Shown here: positions 1-10,025 of the stretch, one piece after another | Layout of the letters: each line of letters starts with the position of its first letter | How positions within the stretch are numbered: position 1 is the stretch's first letter | From: Gemmatimonadota bacterium | GTDB lineage: Bacteria > Gemmatimonadota > Gemmatimonadetes > Gemmatimonadales > Gemmatimonadaceae | Length of the DNA stretch: 64,000 bases | Direction of reading: 5' to 3' | Assembly (NCBI GenBank): GCA_031401495.1 | Contig: JANNRQ010000021.1 | Coordinates: 99-64,098 of the forward strand | Made by a program: the position numbers and the translations under genes | Notes under the pieces: model-generated | The model's database searches: none | Told to the model about the DNA's origin: nothing | Seen by the model: the letters and a program-made list of their open reading frames with translations, nothing else

Positions 1-200
1 GTATGATTCGCATGTATAGTATGCATGTAGAGCGTCAGTGGCAAGGCGCGCCGTTTCGCGAGCGACGGGCAGTGGGGGCCATGATCGCTTGGGACGCGGG
101 TGGAACGGCGGACGTTGGCGGTCCGATGATTCCACGGAGCGAAACAGCCGTCTGGTCCCAGCGCGCGTGTGTCGCCGGCCTACCCCCGCTATCCTTCGCC

Positions 201-2579
201 ATGACGCGCATCGCCCTCATTGCAGTCACATTCGCTACGCTCAGTGCAGGTCTGGTTGCGCCGTTGGGCGCACAGCAGGTTGGTGGACCGTCGGCGACGC
301 CGACCGCGGCGTCGATATCGACGCCGATCACGTACCATGGCCGCACAGGCCAGACCGACGTCCGCATACCAAAGGTGACGATTTCTCCTTCCATCGATGG
401 TCGCTTGAGCGACGCGGTGTGGGCCGAGGCGTCGATCCTCACCGGTTTCTCGCAATTCTCACCGGTGGACCGGCAGCCTGCTGCGGACAGTACCGAAGTG
501 CTGGTGATGTACACGGACCACGCGATGTACTTCGGCGTTCGGGCGTTCGAGCCGCACGGTGCGGTGACGGCGAACATTCCGGACCGCGACCGGATTAGCA
601 GCAACGACCACATCGAGCTGTACCTGGACACGTTCAATGACCGCCGCCGCGCGCTGGTGTTCGCGGTCACGGCACTCGGCATCCAGAGCGACGGAACCTT
701 CGCGGAAGGATCGCACCCCGATCGCAATCCGGATTTCCTCTTCGAGTCCAAGGGGCGTGTGACGGACTACGGATACGAAATCGAAATCCGCATCCCGTTC
801 AAGAACATCCGGTACCAGCAAGCGCCGACGCAGCAGTGGGGCATCCAGGTGGTCCGGCGCGTCATGCATTCGGGCCACGAGCAGACGTGGACGCAAGCAG
901 AGCGCGGCGCGCCGTCGTTCCTGGACCAAAGTGGCAAGTTGTTGGACCTCACTAACCTCAAGCGCGGCCTGGTGATGGACGTCAATCCGGTGATGACGCA
1001 GAGCACCACGGGTAAGGCCCTGAGCCCGACGGACCCGACGTGGCGCTACAAGGCGCAGTACGCGGAGTTCGGTGGCAACGTGCGCTGGGGCGTGACGCCC
1101 AACGTGTCGCTCAACGCAACGGTGAACCCGGACTTTTCGCAGGTGGAAGCCGACGTGGGGCAGACGATCTATGATCCGCGAGCGGCCATCTCGTTTCCGG
1201 AAAAGCGGCCGTTCTTCCTGGAGTCGAGCGAGAACTTCTCGGTGCCCAACTCGCTCATCTACACGCGGCGCATCGTGTCGCCACAGGGCGCCCTGAAGCT
1301 GGCCGGCAAGGCGGGCGGGTGGAACGTGGGCGTGCTGTCGGCGAAGGATGACGCGGGCGCCGTTTCGTCCACCGCGGCCGACCCGATGTACAACATCGTT
1401 CGGCTACGTCGCGATGTCGGCCCCGGCTCCACCGCCGGCCTCGTCTACACCGACAAGGTGCAGGGCAGCAACTACAATCGTGTGTTCGGGCTCGATTCTC
1501 GTCAGCGCATCGGTTCGCGGTACGTGCTGAGCAGCCAGCTCGCTGCCAGCTTCAACCGCAATGCGCTCGGGACGGCCGAAGGCCGGCCGTTATTCGATTT
1601 CACGTTCCAACGCACCGGGCGCGCCAACGGCTTCACGGCCATTCTCGAGGGCGTGCACCCTGAGTTCGTGGCGTCCAGCGGATTCATCTCGCGGTCGGGC
1701 GTGGCGCGGGCGGTGTTCCAGCCGCGGTGGACCTGGTTCCCCAAGAACCGCAAGATCGAGACGATCACCTTCTCGCCGATCTCGGACAACACGTGGGAGT
1801 GGGACCGCTTCGTGAAGGGCACCGAGCCGAACGACATCAAGATGAACACCAGCACCACCGCGCAATGGAAGGGTGGTTGGTCCACGACGTTCTATACGTG
1901 GACAGAGACGTTCAAGTATCCGCCGTCGCTGTACGCCGGCTACTTCGTGGAGCGGTATTCCGGCGGGGTCGTGCAGGACACCGTGCCCTTCGTCGGCACC
2001 GATCGCTTGACCAACATCGGCACCATGCTGCGGCTGGGTACGCCGCAGTTCAAGAAGTTCTCTGGCGCAGTGGAGCTTATCGGCGGCCAGGACGACAACT
2101 TCGACGAGTGGTCGTCCGCGTTGATCGCATACACGACGGTCGAAGCGGACTGGCGTCCGACGGACAAGATCCGCGTGAACGGCCGGTATCTCGAGCAGCG
2201 CGTGCATCGCAAGACAGACGGGTCGCTGGTGCGTTTGCGTTCCATTCCGCGGCTCAAGGTGGAGTATCAGGTGGCGCGCCCGATCTTCGTCCGCATCGTC
2301 ACGCAGTACGACGGTTTGGTTGTTGACAGCCTGCGCGATGATTCCCGCAGCAACTTTCCGATCCTGATCCAGACGGCGTCCGGCTACCGCCGCGCAACGG
2401 CGATCAACCGGGGCGGCCTTCGCGCCGACTGGCTGTTCTCGTATCAACCGAACCCGGGCACGGTGTTCTTCATGGGCTATGGCGCGACCGTCGCCAGTGA
2501 CGAGTTCAAGCCCACGGACCTCCAGCGCACGGCGGACGGCTTCTTCCTGAAGCTGAGTTACGTGTTCCGGGCCAGGTAG
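201..2579 (+). CDS. Secreted DUF5916 / carbohydrate-binding family 9-like protein
   Basis: Long ORF 3..2579. The ATG at 201 gives the signal peptide MTRIALIAVTFATLSAGLVAPLGAQQ. The N-terminal region (IDGRLSDAVWAEA..FSQFSPVD...YTDHAMYFGVRAFE...DHIELYLDTFNDRR) resembles CBM9-like/DUF5916 proteins. The C-terminus is strand-like and aromatic (FFLKLSYVFRAR). Confidence 0.7.
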   Translation: MTRIALIAVTFATLSAGLVAPLGAQQVGGPSATPTAASISTPITYHGRTGQTDVRIPKVTISPSIDGRLSDAVWAEASILTGFSQFSPVDRQPAADSTEVLVMYTDHAMYFGVRAFEPHGAVTANIPDRDRISSNDHIELYLDTFNDRRRALVFAVTALGIQSDGTFAEGSHPDRNPDFLFESKGRVTDYGYEIEIRIPFKNIRYQQAPTQQWGIQVVRRVMHSGHEQTWTQAERGAPSFLDQSGKLLDLTNLKRGLVMDVNPVMTQSTTGKALSPTDPTWRYKAQYAEFGGNVRWGVTPNVSLNATVNPDFSQVEADVGQTIYDPRAAISFPEKRPFFLESSENFSVPNSLIYTRRIVSPQGALKLAGKAGGWNVGVLSAKDDAGAVSSTAADPMYNIVRLRRDVGPGSTAGLVYTDKVQGSNYNRVFGLDSRQRIGSRYVLSSQLAASFNRNALGTAEGRPLFDFTFQRTGRANGFTAILEGVHPEFVASSGFISRSGVARAVFQPRWTWFPKNRKIETITFSPISDNTWEWDRFVKGTEPNDIKMNTSTTAQWKGGWSTTFYTWTETFKYPPSLYAGYFVERYSGGVVQDTVPFVGTDRLTNIGTMLRLGTPQFKKFSGAVELIGGQDDNFDEWSSALIAYTTVEADWRPTDKIRVNGRYLEQRVHRKTDGSLVRLRSIPRLKVEYQVARPIFVRIVTQYDGLVVDSLRDDSRSNFPILIQTASGYRRATAINRGGLRADWLFSYQPNPGTVFFMGYGATVASDEFKPTDLQRTADGFFLKLSYVFRAR

Positions 2580-2671
2580 CGGCGCGATTGTGGTACGGCG
2601 CGAAGGCTTTCGGTGCTGGGCCCGCCGAGAGTATATTTTAATGTATCGGCGTCAGACTACAGGGAGACGCC

Positions 2672-2923
2672 GTGCCGATGACCGTCAGGTTGTCCAAGCA
2701 TTTCTACGAGCGCTTGGGCGATCAAGCCACCAACGAGCTTGTGGACTGGTTCAACGCCGTGGACGCGACCTACAAGGCTGAACTCAGGGAGCACATAGAC
2801 ATGCTTGCGGAGCGCTTTGACGCGAAACTCGACAAGCGTCTGGCGGAGCTGCGCGCGGATGTGATCAAGTGGATGTTCCTCTTCTGGGCCGGCACAACGC
2901 TCGCGGGATTGTTGTCGCGCTGA
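2672..2923 (+). CDS. Small coiled-coil protein with C-terminal membrane anchor (DUF1640-like), hypothetical
   Basis: 83-aa ORF with AGGGAG upstream. Possible starts are GTG 2672 or ATG 2678. A charged helical region is followed by the hydrophobic tail IKWMFLFWAGTTLAGLL. An AT-rich putative promoter patch lies at 2630-2650. Confidence 0.5.
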   Translation: MPMTVRLSKHFYERLGDQATNELVDWFNAVDATYKAELREHIDMLAERFDAKLDKRLAELRADVIKWMFLFWAGTTLAGLLSR

Positions 2924-2934
2924 AACGCGCCGGG

Positions 2935-4242
2935 TTAGCGGGGGAGCCGCAGCGACAAGATCTTCGGCGCGGTGCGCGCGGCGCCGGGAGTGGGCGCGCC
3001 GTCGTCCCCGTGTTTCTCCCATTGGCTGTTGGCCACGTAGAGAAACTCGTCGCCGTTCAGCGCGCCGATGGTTGGCTCGTCGGCAATGGCGGAGTTCTGG
3101 TCCAGCACGGTGGCGCTGATGATGCGTGTCCCGGCTGCGTCTAGCGCGAAGCGCACCACGCGCGCTGGTGCAACGCCGTTCTGGATGGCAATGATGGCAC
3201 CGCGGTGCAAGACGATGCCGTCGAGGCCGATGGGCACGATGCCCGCCGCTGCGCCAACCCACGACACGGCGCGCGTGGCCAGATCAACACGAAGCAGGCC
3301 GTGGGAGTAGTCGGCGAGGTAGACGGAGCGGCCGTCCGGATGCGGCGCAATGCCCTGTGGCGATCGCATCAGCGGACTGACGATGCGGATGAGCGAGTCG
3401 TCGGCCGCGCGCAGCCAGTACAGCGCCGGATCGCGCGAGTCGCTGAAGAGAACGTCGCGGCCCGAAAGTGCGACGTCACCAAGGACGTGCTGGCCGATGG
3501 GCAGATCTACGCGCTTCACGATGGCGCCGTCGCTCAGGCGGATGCCGAGCAGCGCAGCGATCGCAGAGTCCGCGGGCTGATAGCCGGCCGTCTGCGGCAC
3601 ACCGGACGTCGTTGCCCACAACATGCCGCGCAACGCGTCATGCCGTACGGCGAAGATCGCGCCGACGTTCGGCGCGCGTCGTGGCAGAATCTCGCGAACA
3701 GAACCATCGCGCTTCACTTCGGCGATGGTCCCGTGGCGGAGGCTCGTGACGTACAGCGTGCCGGATACGGGATCAACGTCGGTTCCTTCGGGCCAGAACG
3801 TCGAGTCTGCGAGCGTCGCGCGTACCGCGCTGTTGGCCCTCGGCGCGCGGTTGGCGTCGAAGCGGCGTGCGAAGGCCTCAAACTCGCTCGCCGGCAGCGT
3901 GCGGCTGATACTCGTATCAGCGCGGAGATCTCGGCCGATACCCGGTGCGAGGTAGTCGTTGAGCCGGGCACGAAGGGCGATCGTATCGCGCGCGCGCGCG
4001 GCGAGTACCGCGCTGGCCCAGACGTACGCCGGTTGCACGGGCCACGCCGTGGCAGCGCGGTCCATTTCGAGGCGCGCATCTTCCAGCCGCTGGTCTCGCA
4101 GGAGGCGATTGGCGCGACTGTAGGCGGCGCGCGCAACGCTGGCGGAATCGACGGCGGGGATGCCGGTCATCTCCTGCGCGTCGAGTCGCGCGAGCGCGAT
4201 GAGCAGTGGCAGCGCGGCCACGAAGAAGCGGCGGGAGATCAT
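2935..4242 (-). CDS. Secreted protein with helical/TPR-like N-terminus and beta-propeller-like C-terminus (SGL/NHL-like), hypothetical
   Basis: ORF 2935..4272. The internal ATG at 4242 gives the signal peptide MISRRFFVAALPLLIALARLDAQ. The C-terminal half has repeated propeller-like strands (LYVTS, LWATTSG, VLFSDS, VYLADY, FLYVANSQW). Confidence 0.6.
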   Translation of the reverse strand: MISRRFFVAALPLLIALARLDAQEMTGIPAVDSASVARAAYSRANRLLRDQRLEDARLEMDRAATAWPVQPAYVWASAVLAARARDTIALRARLNDYLAPGIGRDLRADTSISRTLPASEFEAFARRFDANRAPRANSAVRATLADSTFWPEGTDVDPVSGTLYVTSLRHGTIAEVKRDGSVREILPRRAPNVGAIFAVRHDALRGMLWATTSGVPQTAGYQPADSAIAALLGIRLSDGAIVKRVDLPIGQHVLGDVALSGRDVLFSDSRDPALYWLRAADDSLIRIVSPLMRSPQGIAPHPDGRSVYLADYSHGLLRVDLATRAVSWVGAAAGIVPIGLDGIVLHRGAIIAIQNGVAPARVVRFALDAAGTRIISATVLDQNSAIADEPTIGALNGDEFLYVANSQWEKHGDDGAPTPGAARTAPKILSLRLPR

Positions 4243-4315
4243 GCGTGGTGAGCGAATCGGCGCGCAGGGCACTTGAAGACAACCAGTCGATCGATGCTCG
4301 GCGTCACCAGTCGGC

Positions 4316-4852
4316 TCAGTCGGATGTGAACGGCGCTTTGACTTTCAAGGACACGGCCGACGTGCCCCAATGCAAACGCAGGGTGGCGTCGTCGCGGAGG
4401 ACTGCTGGGAAATAGATCGCAAAGCTCTCCATGTGCGACAGCGATTCCGGCGTCACGTCGATGCGCAGCGCATCGGATGGCGCGCCCGGATACGGCTTGT
4501 GGAAGACGCGCGCAGCCTTACTGAAGATCACGGTCCACGCGGCCTTCTCACGCGGAACGAGCCACAGTGAGTACTCTCCTGCGGCCAGCGGCTTGCCCTC
4601 GATGGTGATGTCGTGGCTGACGGAGATCCGCGTGGCGGTATCAGCGCCCGGATGCCAGACGCTGTCCCACGGCACGAGTTGTCCCCACAGGACGCGTCCG
4701 CGCGCCACGGGCCGGCCGTACTCGATCGAGATCGTCGTGAGAGCGACGTTCTGCGTTATCGAACTGCGCTGGCTGAACGGGTAGCCCTGGGCCGACGCGG
4801 GTCCGGCCAGGCACGTCGCGGCGATTGTCGCAGTCACTGTGAAGCGCATCAT
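4316..4852 (-). CDS. DUF2911 domain-containing secreted protein
   Basis: Signal peptide present. The motif pattern TISIEYGRPVARGRVLWGQLVPWDSVWHPGADTATRISV..ITIEGKPLAAGEYSLWLVP is typical of the DUF2911 family. Confidence 0.8.
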   Translation of the reverse strand: MMRFTVTATIAATCLAGPASAQGYPFSQRSSITQNVALTTISIEYGRPVARGRVLWGQLVPWDSVWHPGADTATRISVSHDITIEGKPLAAGEYSLWLVPREKAAWTVIFSKAARVFHKPYPGAPSDALRIDVTPESLSHMESFAIYFPAVLRDDATLRLHWGTSAVSLKVKAPFTSD

Positions 4853-4959
4853 GCCTCCAATCTATCGCACGGTTTTCCGGCGACTGGTAGCCGAGCTGAA
4901 ACTGGAAGGTGCGCTGTCTGCGTATGTGACGCAGAAGGCGCCAACCCCATGAGGTTACC

Positions 4960-5409
4960 ATGCGCACCACTGCACGTACCGCAGCTGCACTCCTGCTCGT
5001 GATCGCCGCCGCACAGGCGGGCGCACAAACAACGGACGATCGCGATGGTGTCCGTCGGGCTGTTCTCGATTACGTCGAGGGCTTTTACGAGGGCGACACG
5101 GCCAAGTTGGTGCGAAGCATCCGGCCCGAGGTTCACAAGTACGGCTTCTGGATTCCGCGTGATTCGTCGAAGTACGCGGGTGAAGCGATGCCGTGGCCTG
5201 AGTTCCTGACCTACGCCAACCGCGTGAAGGCCAACAAGCGCTTTGCCTCGGCGACCGCGCAAAAGGAAATCACGGTGCTGGACGTGCTGGACCAGACCGC
5301 GTCGGCCAAGCTGGTCGCCTTTTGGGGCGTGGACTACTTGCTGCTCGCCAAGTACAACGGACGCTGGATGATCACCAACGTCCTCTGGCAGACGCCGCCG
5401 AAGAAATAG
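4960..5409 (+). CDS. NTF2-like (putative lumazine-binding / SnoaL-like) secreted protein
   Basis: Signal peptide MRTTARTAAALLLVIAAAQAGAQ, followed by GVRRAVLDYVEGFYEGD and a C-terminal GRWMITNVLW, which is the NTF2-fold family pattern. Confidence 0.7.
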   Translation: MRTTARTAAALLLVIAAAQAGAQTTDDRDGVRRAVLDYVEGFYEGDTAKLVRSIRPEVHKYGFWIPRDSSKYAGEAMPWPEFLTYANRVKANKRFASATAQKEITVLDVLDQTASAKLVAFWGVDYLLLAKYNGRWMITNVLWQTPPKK

Positions 5410-5477
5410 TCCTGCGGGTCAGGGCACTCGCGCGACGCGCGGGATCTTCTGGTCCCCCGTGGCGTGACGCGTGGCGC

Positions 5478-6038
5478 CTAATGTTTTCCCGCAAAATTCG
5501 CGGCCGCCGCCATCGCACGCTGACGTGCGCGCTCTTCGCGTTCCCGGGTCAGGTGCGGCACGAGGCCGACCATGCGCTGAATGAGCATCAGTTGCGCGCG
5601 GTGGTGCATCTCGTGCTCCTTGATGGAGAGCATCTGCTCGAACCGCGTTCTGGGATTCTGCCCGGTGGCGTCGGAGAACGTCTCGTTGAGCCAGGACGCG
5701 TCCAGCGACCCCAGCCACTTTCCGACGCGATCGCCCTCGTTCTTGAGCAGCGACAGAATCTGCGACTTGTTCAGCTCTTGCCGTTCTTTCTCGGCGCGCT
5801 TGGCGAAGATCGCAGGGAAGTCATAGCCCTTGAGCGTGGCCAGGCGCTTCGCGCCATGCATGTCCTCGTACGTCATGGGCGCCCACGCGATGTGCTTGAG
5901 CAACCCGGCCACGGACCGCCAGCCGGCGACCGGCGCGAAACTGTACTTGTCCTCAGGAATCTCTTCCGCGATCACGATGGTGTTCTTGCGGACGGTGTGA
6001 AACGAGGCTTCCAGCTCGCGGGCGCCGTAGTTCGTCAT
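5478..6038 (-). CDS. DinB family protein
   Basis: Helical-bundle family pattern with conserved His residues (LLKHIAWAP ... HEMHHRAQLMLIQRMVG). Confidence 0.8.
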   Translation of the reverse strand: MTNYGARELEASFHTVRKNTIVIAEEIPEDKYSFAPVAGWRSVAGLLKHIAWAPMTYEDMHGAKRLATLKGYDFPAIFAKRAEKERQELNKSQILSLLKNEGDRVGKWLGSLDASWLNETFSDATGQNPRTRFEQMLSIKEHEMHHRAQLMLIQRMVGLVPHLTREREERARQRAMAAAANFAGKH

Positions 6039-6122
6039 ACCTCAACATCTCCGGTGGGGAATCGTCACCGGAATCTACTCGTGCGCTCAGACGAGCCCTG
6101 CTTCGATCACTAGTTTGCTTGC

Positions 6123-7199
6123 GTGCTTGATCACGAGAGGATCATCGCGCGCCGTCTCGCAGGTCAGCGCCTGGTGGGCAAGGGCCTCAAGCGCGGTGCC
6201 GATGTTGTGCGCGAGCAGTGCGCGGTGCAATCGCAGGACTACGCCGGCGCCAAGTGGGCTGTGGCCATGCGCTCCGCGGGCCTCACCGACGCGGACATCG
6301 AGGCCGAGTTCACCGCCGGCGCCATTCTGCGAACCCACGTAATGCGTCCGACGTGGCACTTCGTTGCGCCCGAGGACCTGCGCTGGATGCTCAAGCTCAC
6401 GGGCCCGCGCGTGAACCAAATCATGGGTCACTACGGCACCCAGCTCGGCCTTTCCGACGCCGTCTATCGCCGCAGCAACGCGCTGATGGAGAGGGTGCTT
6501 GCCGGCGGACGCTTCCTCACCCGTAACGAGATCGCGGCCGAATTGAAGCGCGCCGGGATCACGGTTGTCAACGGCATGGCGATGGCGCGGTTCATGATGC
6601 GCGCTGAGACGGATGCGGTGGTGACAAGCGGCCCGCGGCGCGGCAAACAGTTCACGTATGCGCTCATGGAGGAACGCGTGCCCCGCGCGCCGGTGAAGTC
6701 ACGCGACGAGGCACTCGGCGAGATCACTCGGCGCTATTTCGGGACACGCAGCCCCGCGACAGTGCACGACTGCGCGTGGTGGAGCGGCCTGACAATCGCG
6801 GATGTGAAGCGTGGAATCCAGATCGCAGGCAAAGCGTTGGCGCGGGTGATGATTGGTGATCGAGAGTACTGGTCTACGCCATCGAGGCCGGCGAAGGCTG
6901 TCGCGTCGGTGCGGTTGCTGCCCAACTATGACGAGTACTTCATCGGGTACAAGGACCGGAGCGCGATCGGGCATCGCATTGGCAGCGTGAAGATGGTGAC
7001 CGGAGGCAACGCGCTCATCGCTCACGTTGTATGTGTTGGCGGCGAGCTTGTTGGGGGGTGGAAGCGCACGGACGACGCGACGTTGACAGTGGACCTGGTT
7101 GCCGCGCTGACGGCAACCGAACGCAGGCGCCTCGATGCGGAAGTGCGGAGGTTCAGCGCTTTCCTCGGTCGCCCGGTATCAGTCAGGATGAAGCGTTGA
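6123..7199 (+). CDS. Winged-helix DNA-binding domain protein (YcaQ-like DNA glycosylase family, DUF1006)
   Basis: GTG start. The N-terminus RIIARRLAGQRL.., then VQSQDYAGAKWAVAMR, RTHVMRPTWHFVAPEDLRW and NYDEYFIGYKDR, matches the YcaQ/HTH_42 family. Confidence 0.8.
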   Translation: MLDHERIIARRLAGQRLVGKGLKRGADVVREQCAVQSQDYAGAKWAVAMRSAGLTDADIEAEFTAGAILRTHVMRPTWHFVAPEDLRWMLKLTGPRVNQIMGHYGTQLGLSDAVYRRSNALMERVLAGGRFLTRNEIAAELKRAGITVVNGMAMARFMMRAETDAVVTSGPRRGKQFTYALMEERVPRAPVKSRDEALGEITRRYFGTRSPATVHDCAWWSGLTIADVKRGIQIAGKALARVMIGDREYWSTPSRPAKAVASVRLLPNYDEYFIGYKDRSAIGHRIGSVKMVTGGNALIAHVVCVGGELVGGWKRTDDATLTVDLVAALTATERRRLDAEVRRFSAFLGRPVSVRMKR

Positions 7200-7284
7200 C
7201 AACCGCGCACATTGCGTGGTGTGCGCGCCTAGGTTTGTCACAAGGGAACCACACGGGAATCCGGCCCCCTGAGGAGGAGTAGGC

Positions 7285-8103
7285 ATGAAGCAGAACGCAT
7301 CGGTGTTGCTGGCAGTCGCCGTCCTCATCGCAGCGCTCAGTTCGGGCGCCGGTTCGGCGTCGGCTCAAGTCGCAGCGTTCCCGGTGCCGAGCGGGAAGGA
7401 CAGCGCCGCAGTGGCGGCCGTATTCGCTCGCCACATGAGGGCGGCGACTGTCGCCGGTCGACCGGACACAAGCCGGTTTATGCACACAAAGCAGCTCATG
7501 GAGGTGCAGGGCTCGCCGCCCGCCGAGATGGAACTCTTCATTATCCGGGGAGCGCCGGGCACGAAGAATACTGCGCGCGTTCGGTCCGTCATGAACATGC
7601 CGATGATGGGCATGATGGAGACCGTTGTGAACCGCAGCATTGGTTGGGTCATGTCGCCGGGACAGACGCCAACTCTGCTGGAACCATCGCAGATCGACGG
7701 GGAAATGATGGGCGCCAGCCCGAATCCGTTGGCCAACCTTCCCAGCGGCAAGCTCACCATGGCGGGCAAGGAGACCATCGACGGGCGCGAGATGCAAGGC
7801 GTCCGCATGACGGACACGCTTGGCACCGACGCCATCATGTTTTTTGACACGAAGACCGGCCTCGCGTCCGCCGTTCGCACGGGCGCGATGCGCGGCATGA
7901 CTCAGGACACGTCGATCGTGATGCTCATGGGCGACTACAAGCCGTTCAACGGCGCGCTCATGCCCACGACGATGACGGTCCGTCAGGGTCCCATGCAGTC
8001 GATGACGATGCGTGTGGTGCAGATGGAATCCACGCCGTTCGACACGATGATGTTCGTGCCGCCGCCGGCCGTAGTGGAGATGCTCAAACTCAAGAAACCC
8101 TGA
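7285..8103 (+). CDS. Methionine-rich secreted protein, hypothetical
   Basis: GAGGAGG sits upstream of the ATG. Signal peptide MKQNASVLLAVAVLIAALSSGAGSASAQ. Met content is very high, with clusters such as MNMPMMGMMET and MQSMTMRVVQME. Confidence 0.6.
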   Translation: MKQNASVLLAVAVLIAALSSGAGSASAQVAAFPVPSGKDSAAVAAVFARHMRAATVAGRPDTSRFMHTKQLMEVQGSPPAEMELFIIRGAPGTKNTARVRSVMNMPMMGMMETVVNRSIGWVMSPGQTPTLLEPSQIDGEMMGASPNPLANLPSGKLTMAGKETIDGREMQGVRMTDTLGTDAIMFFDTKTGLASAVRTGAMRGMTQDTSIVMLMGDYKPFNGALMPTTMTVRQGPMQSMTMRVVQMESTPFDTMMFVPPPAVVEMLKLKKP

Positions 8104-8122
8104 TCACCCTTCGGAGGTCGCC

Positions 8123-8692
8123 ATGCCCGAAATGATGCCGTTCTCATCGCTGCTGTGGCCGATTCTGCTGTCGACGGTGTTTGTGTTCATCGCCAGTTCG
8201 CTGGCGCACATGGTGCTGCCGTGGCACAAGAGCGACTATCCGCCGCTGCCGGACGAGGAGGGGTTCCGGAAGACGGTGGGCCCGATGAACATTCCGCCCG
8301 GCGACTACTTTGTGCCGCGGCCGCCCAGCCGCAAGGAAATGCAGTCACCGGAGTTCATGGCCAAGGTGAATCAGGGACCGCGCGTGATCATGACCGTGCT
8401 GCCCAATGGCATGCAGGGTCTGGCTCCGATGCTTGGCGCGTGGTTTGTCTACTGCCTCGTGACAAACTTCCTGGCGGGACATGTGGCACAAGCGGCGCTC
8501 GCTCCTGGGGCGCCGAAGAATCTCGTGGCGCACACGGTCGGGCTCACTGCGTTTGCGGGCTATGTGCTCGCGCTGTGGCAGGGCAAGGTCTGGTTTGGGC
8601 GATCGTGGAGCTACACGATCAAGGCCACGGTGGACGGACTGATCTACGCCGTGATCACAGCCGCCACGTTCGTCTGGCTCTGGCCGAAGTAG
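8123..8692 (+). CDS. Integral membrane protein, hypothetical
   Basis: GGAGG upstream. At least four hydrophobic segments. It lies 19 nt downstream of the Met-rich protein gene, so the two are a likely operon. Confidence 0.6.
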   Translation: MPEMMPFSSLLWPILLSTVFVFIASSLAHMVLPWHKSDYPPLPDEEGFRKTVGPMNIPPGDYFVPRPPSRKEMQSPEFMAKVNQGPRVIMTVLPNGMQGLAPMLGAWFVYCLVTNFLAGHVAQAALAPGAPKNLVAHTVGLTAFAGYVLALWQGKVWFGRSWSYTIKATVDGLIYAVITAATFVWLWPK

Positions 8693-8740
8693 CTGCTCGC
8701 CAGTCGTTCTGGCTACGGCTTGCGCGAAGAGGCCGGTGTG

Positions 8741-8923
8741 TTCTCCGGCGAACCGTGACCAATACTGGCAAGGAGAGCGCTTGCCAGTTTTGGCACGGCC
8801 TCGCCTTCGCTCACACCGGCCTCTCCGCGCCCCAGTAGTCGACCCGTTCAGCGAACAAGTGCGCTTCCGTGGGTCAGAGCCGGCCGAACGGTCACGCGGT
8901 GTTCGCGGCCTGGATCACACTGA
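8741..8923. repeat. Composite intergenic repeat copy 1 (hairpin module A in reverse orientation plus module B)
   Basis: Module B (8852-8923) matches 10026-10097 with 4 mismatches in 72 nt by my manual alignment, in direct orientation. Module A (8741-8833) is roughly 80 percent identical to the reverse complement of 10098-10197. It contains the internal hairpin CCAATACTGGCAAGG..CTTGCCAGTTTTGG. Confidence 0.8.
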
Positions 8924-9085
8924 GATCGATCTCTATCCTCTCCGCGAAACTACGAACTGAGATCGCGCCCCTCGAGAACGCGTCCGACGTCAACACGTAG
9001 GCCATGGTGGGGTGCGAGTCTTCTCTGTTTTCGTTGCTTTCGTGTCGACCCGCCCGCTCTCCCTTGCCGATACGCAGCCTGCTGA

Positions 9086-9919
9086 TCACGGGCGCTCGCC
9101 AAACGGCTCCGGTTCGGATCGCCCTCGGGTCCACAGCAGGATCACACCGCAGCCGGCCCCAATCGAGCGATACTGACTCGGCACTTGCGCAACGGTGTAG
9201 ATCTCGATGGCCTCCATTCCTGTCACCGACCAAGTGTCCAGGTCGGGGGGCTTGTTACGCGTATCCGGCCTCAATGGCCCGCCGGATCCTTCATCCGGTT
9301 GCCAAATAAGCGTCCCGTCCATCCAGATCGCCATGTAACAGACAAGCTCCCTTCCGCCGGAGAGACCGCGGCCAAGGGTAGCCCGCCCGCCCCGCCTGGC
9401 GGCGGCCATCTTTCGCCCCAGCTCACTGCGAATCCGCACTCTGCCATCCCGGGACTCGATCGCGCTGGACAAAGTGGTATGTTCGAGCTTCCTCAGCATG
9501 CTGTCCGTGATGAATGAGCCGAAGCCCTCTTTCTTCCGTTCATCGAAGCCGGGCGGCCACATCCGCGGCCGAGCGCGAGCGACCACATTGACGGAATCCA
9601 ATTGCTGCGCCAGGCGCTGCATGGTCACATCGAACTGAAGCGGATCGGGACCGACGACGCGGAGTGGCCGGGCGACGGGGTGATACCCCGCCTTCCGGAA
9701 GCGGAGGGTATGGGCGCCAACCGGGATGCTCAGCACGTACTGCCCCGCCGCGTTGCTGAGGGTGACAATGTTCAGGCCCTCAACGTGCACCTCCACGAGT
9801 GCGAGGAGGGTACCCTGAGCGCTATCGAGTACCGTCCCGTGAATGCGGGACTGGGCGATCGCCTCCGCTGGCGACAGGGCCAAGACCACGATGGCGGCAC
9901 ACGACCAGATTTTCCTCAT
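9086..9919 (-). CDS. Carboxypeptidase-regulatory-like domain plus TonB-plug-like domain protein (no barrel)
   Basis: The ATG at 9919 gives the signal peptide MRKIWSCAAIVVLALSPAEAIAQ. SRIHGTVLDSAQGTLLALVEVHVEG..AAGQYVLSIPVGAHTLRFRKAGY is a CarboxypepD_reg pattern. The C-terminal MEAIEIYTVAQVPSQYRSIGAGCGVILLWTRG resembles the end of a plug domain. Confidence 0.7.
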   Translation of the reverse strand: MRKIWSCAAIVVLALSPAEAIAQSRIHGTVLDSAQGTLLALVEVHVEGLNIVTLSNAAGQYVLSIPVGAHTLRFRKAGYHPVARPLRVVGPDPLQFDVTMQRLAQQLDSVNVVARARPRMWPPGFDERKKEGFGSFITDSMLRKLEHTTLSSAIESRDGRVRIRSELGRKMAAARRGGRATLGRGLSGGRELVCYMAIWMDGTLIWQPDEGSGGPLRPDTRNKPPDLDTWSVTGMEAIEIYTVAQVPSQYRSIGAGCGVILLWTRGRSEPEPFGERP

Positions 9920-10025
9920 CGAGGCGCCCTCCCACCCGGAAACGGCAGCGAATCGCCTACAGCGCCGCACCACCGTACACTATCTCAGATCAAGGCTGCG
10001 CGGCTTCCAGCTTCAGCGCAACCGT

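Noticed and set aside
35-2447. Many long ORFs overlapping the 201..2579 gene on the opposite strand or in other frames (for example 35..751 -, 1590..2447 -, 1727..2326 +).
   Set aside because: These are typical high-GC artefacts. Stop codons are rare in all frames. The translations are Arg/Ala/Pro/Gly-rich with no recognisable domains, and they fully overlap a gene that has clear family motifs.
9086-9973. Using the full ORFs as given for several genes (for example 9086..9973, 13687..14496, 14196..15713, 16786..19548, 21620..22309, 27964..29433, 61317..61982).
   Set aside because: The upstream extensions lack signal peptides or family similarity and often overlap the preceding gene. Internal ATG or GTG codons give canonical signal peptides and 1-4-nt stop/start overlaps, so the shorter models were preferred.
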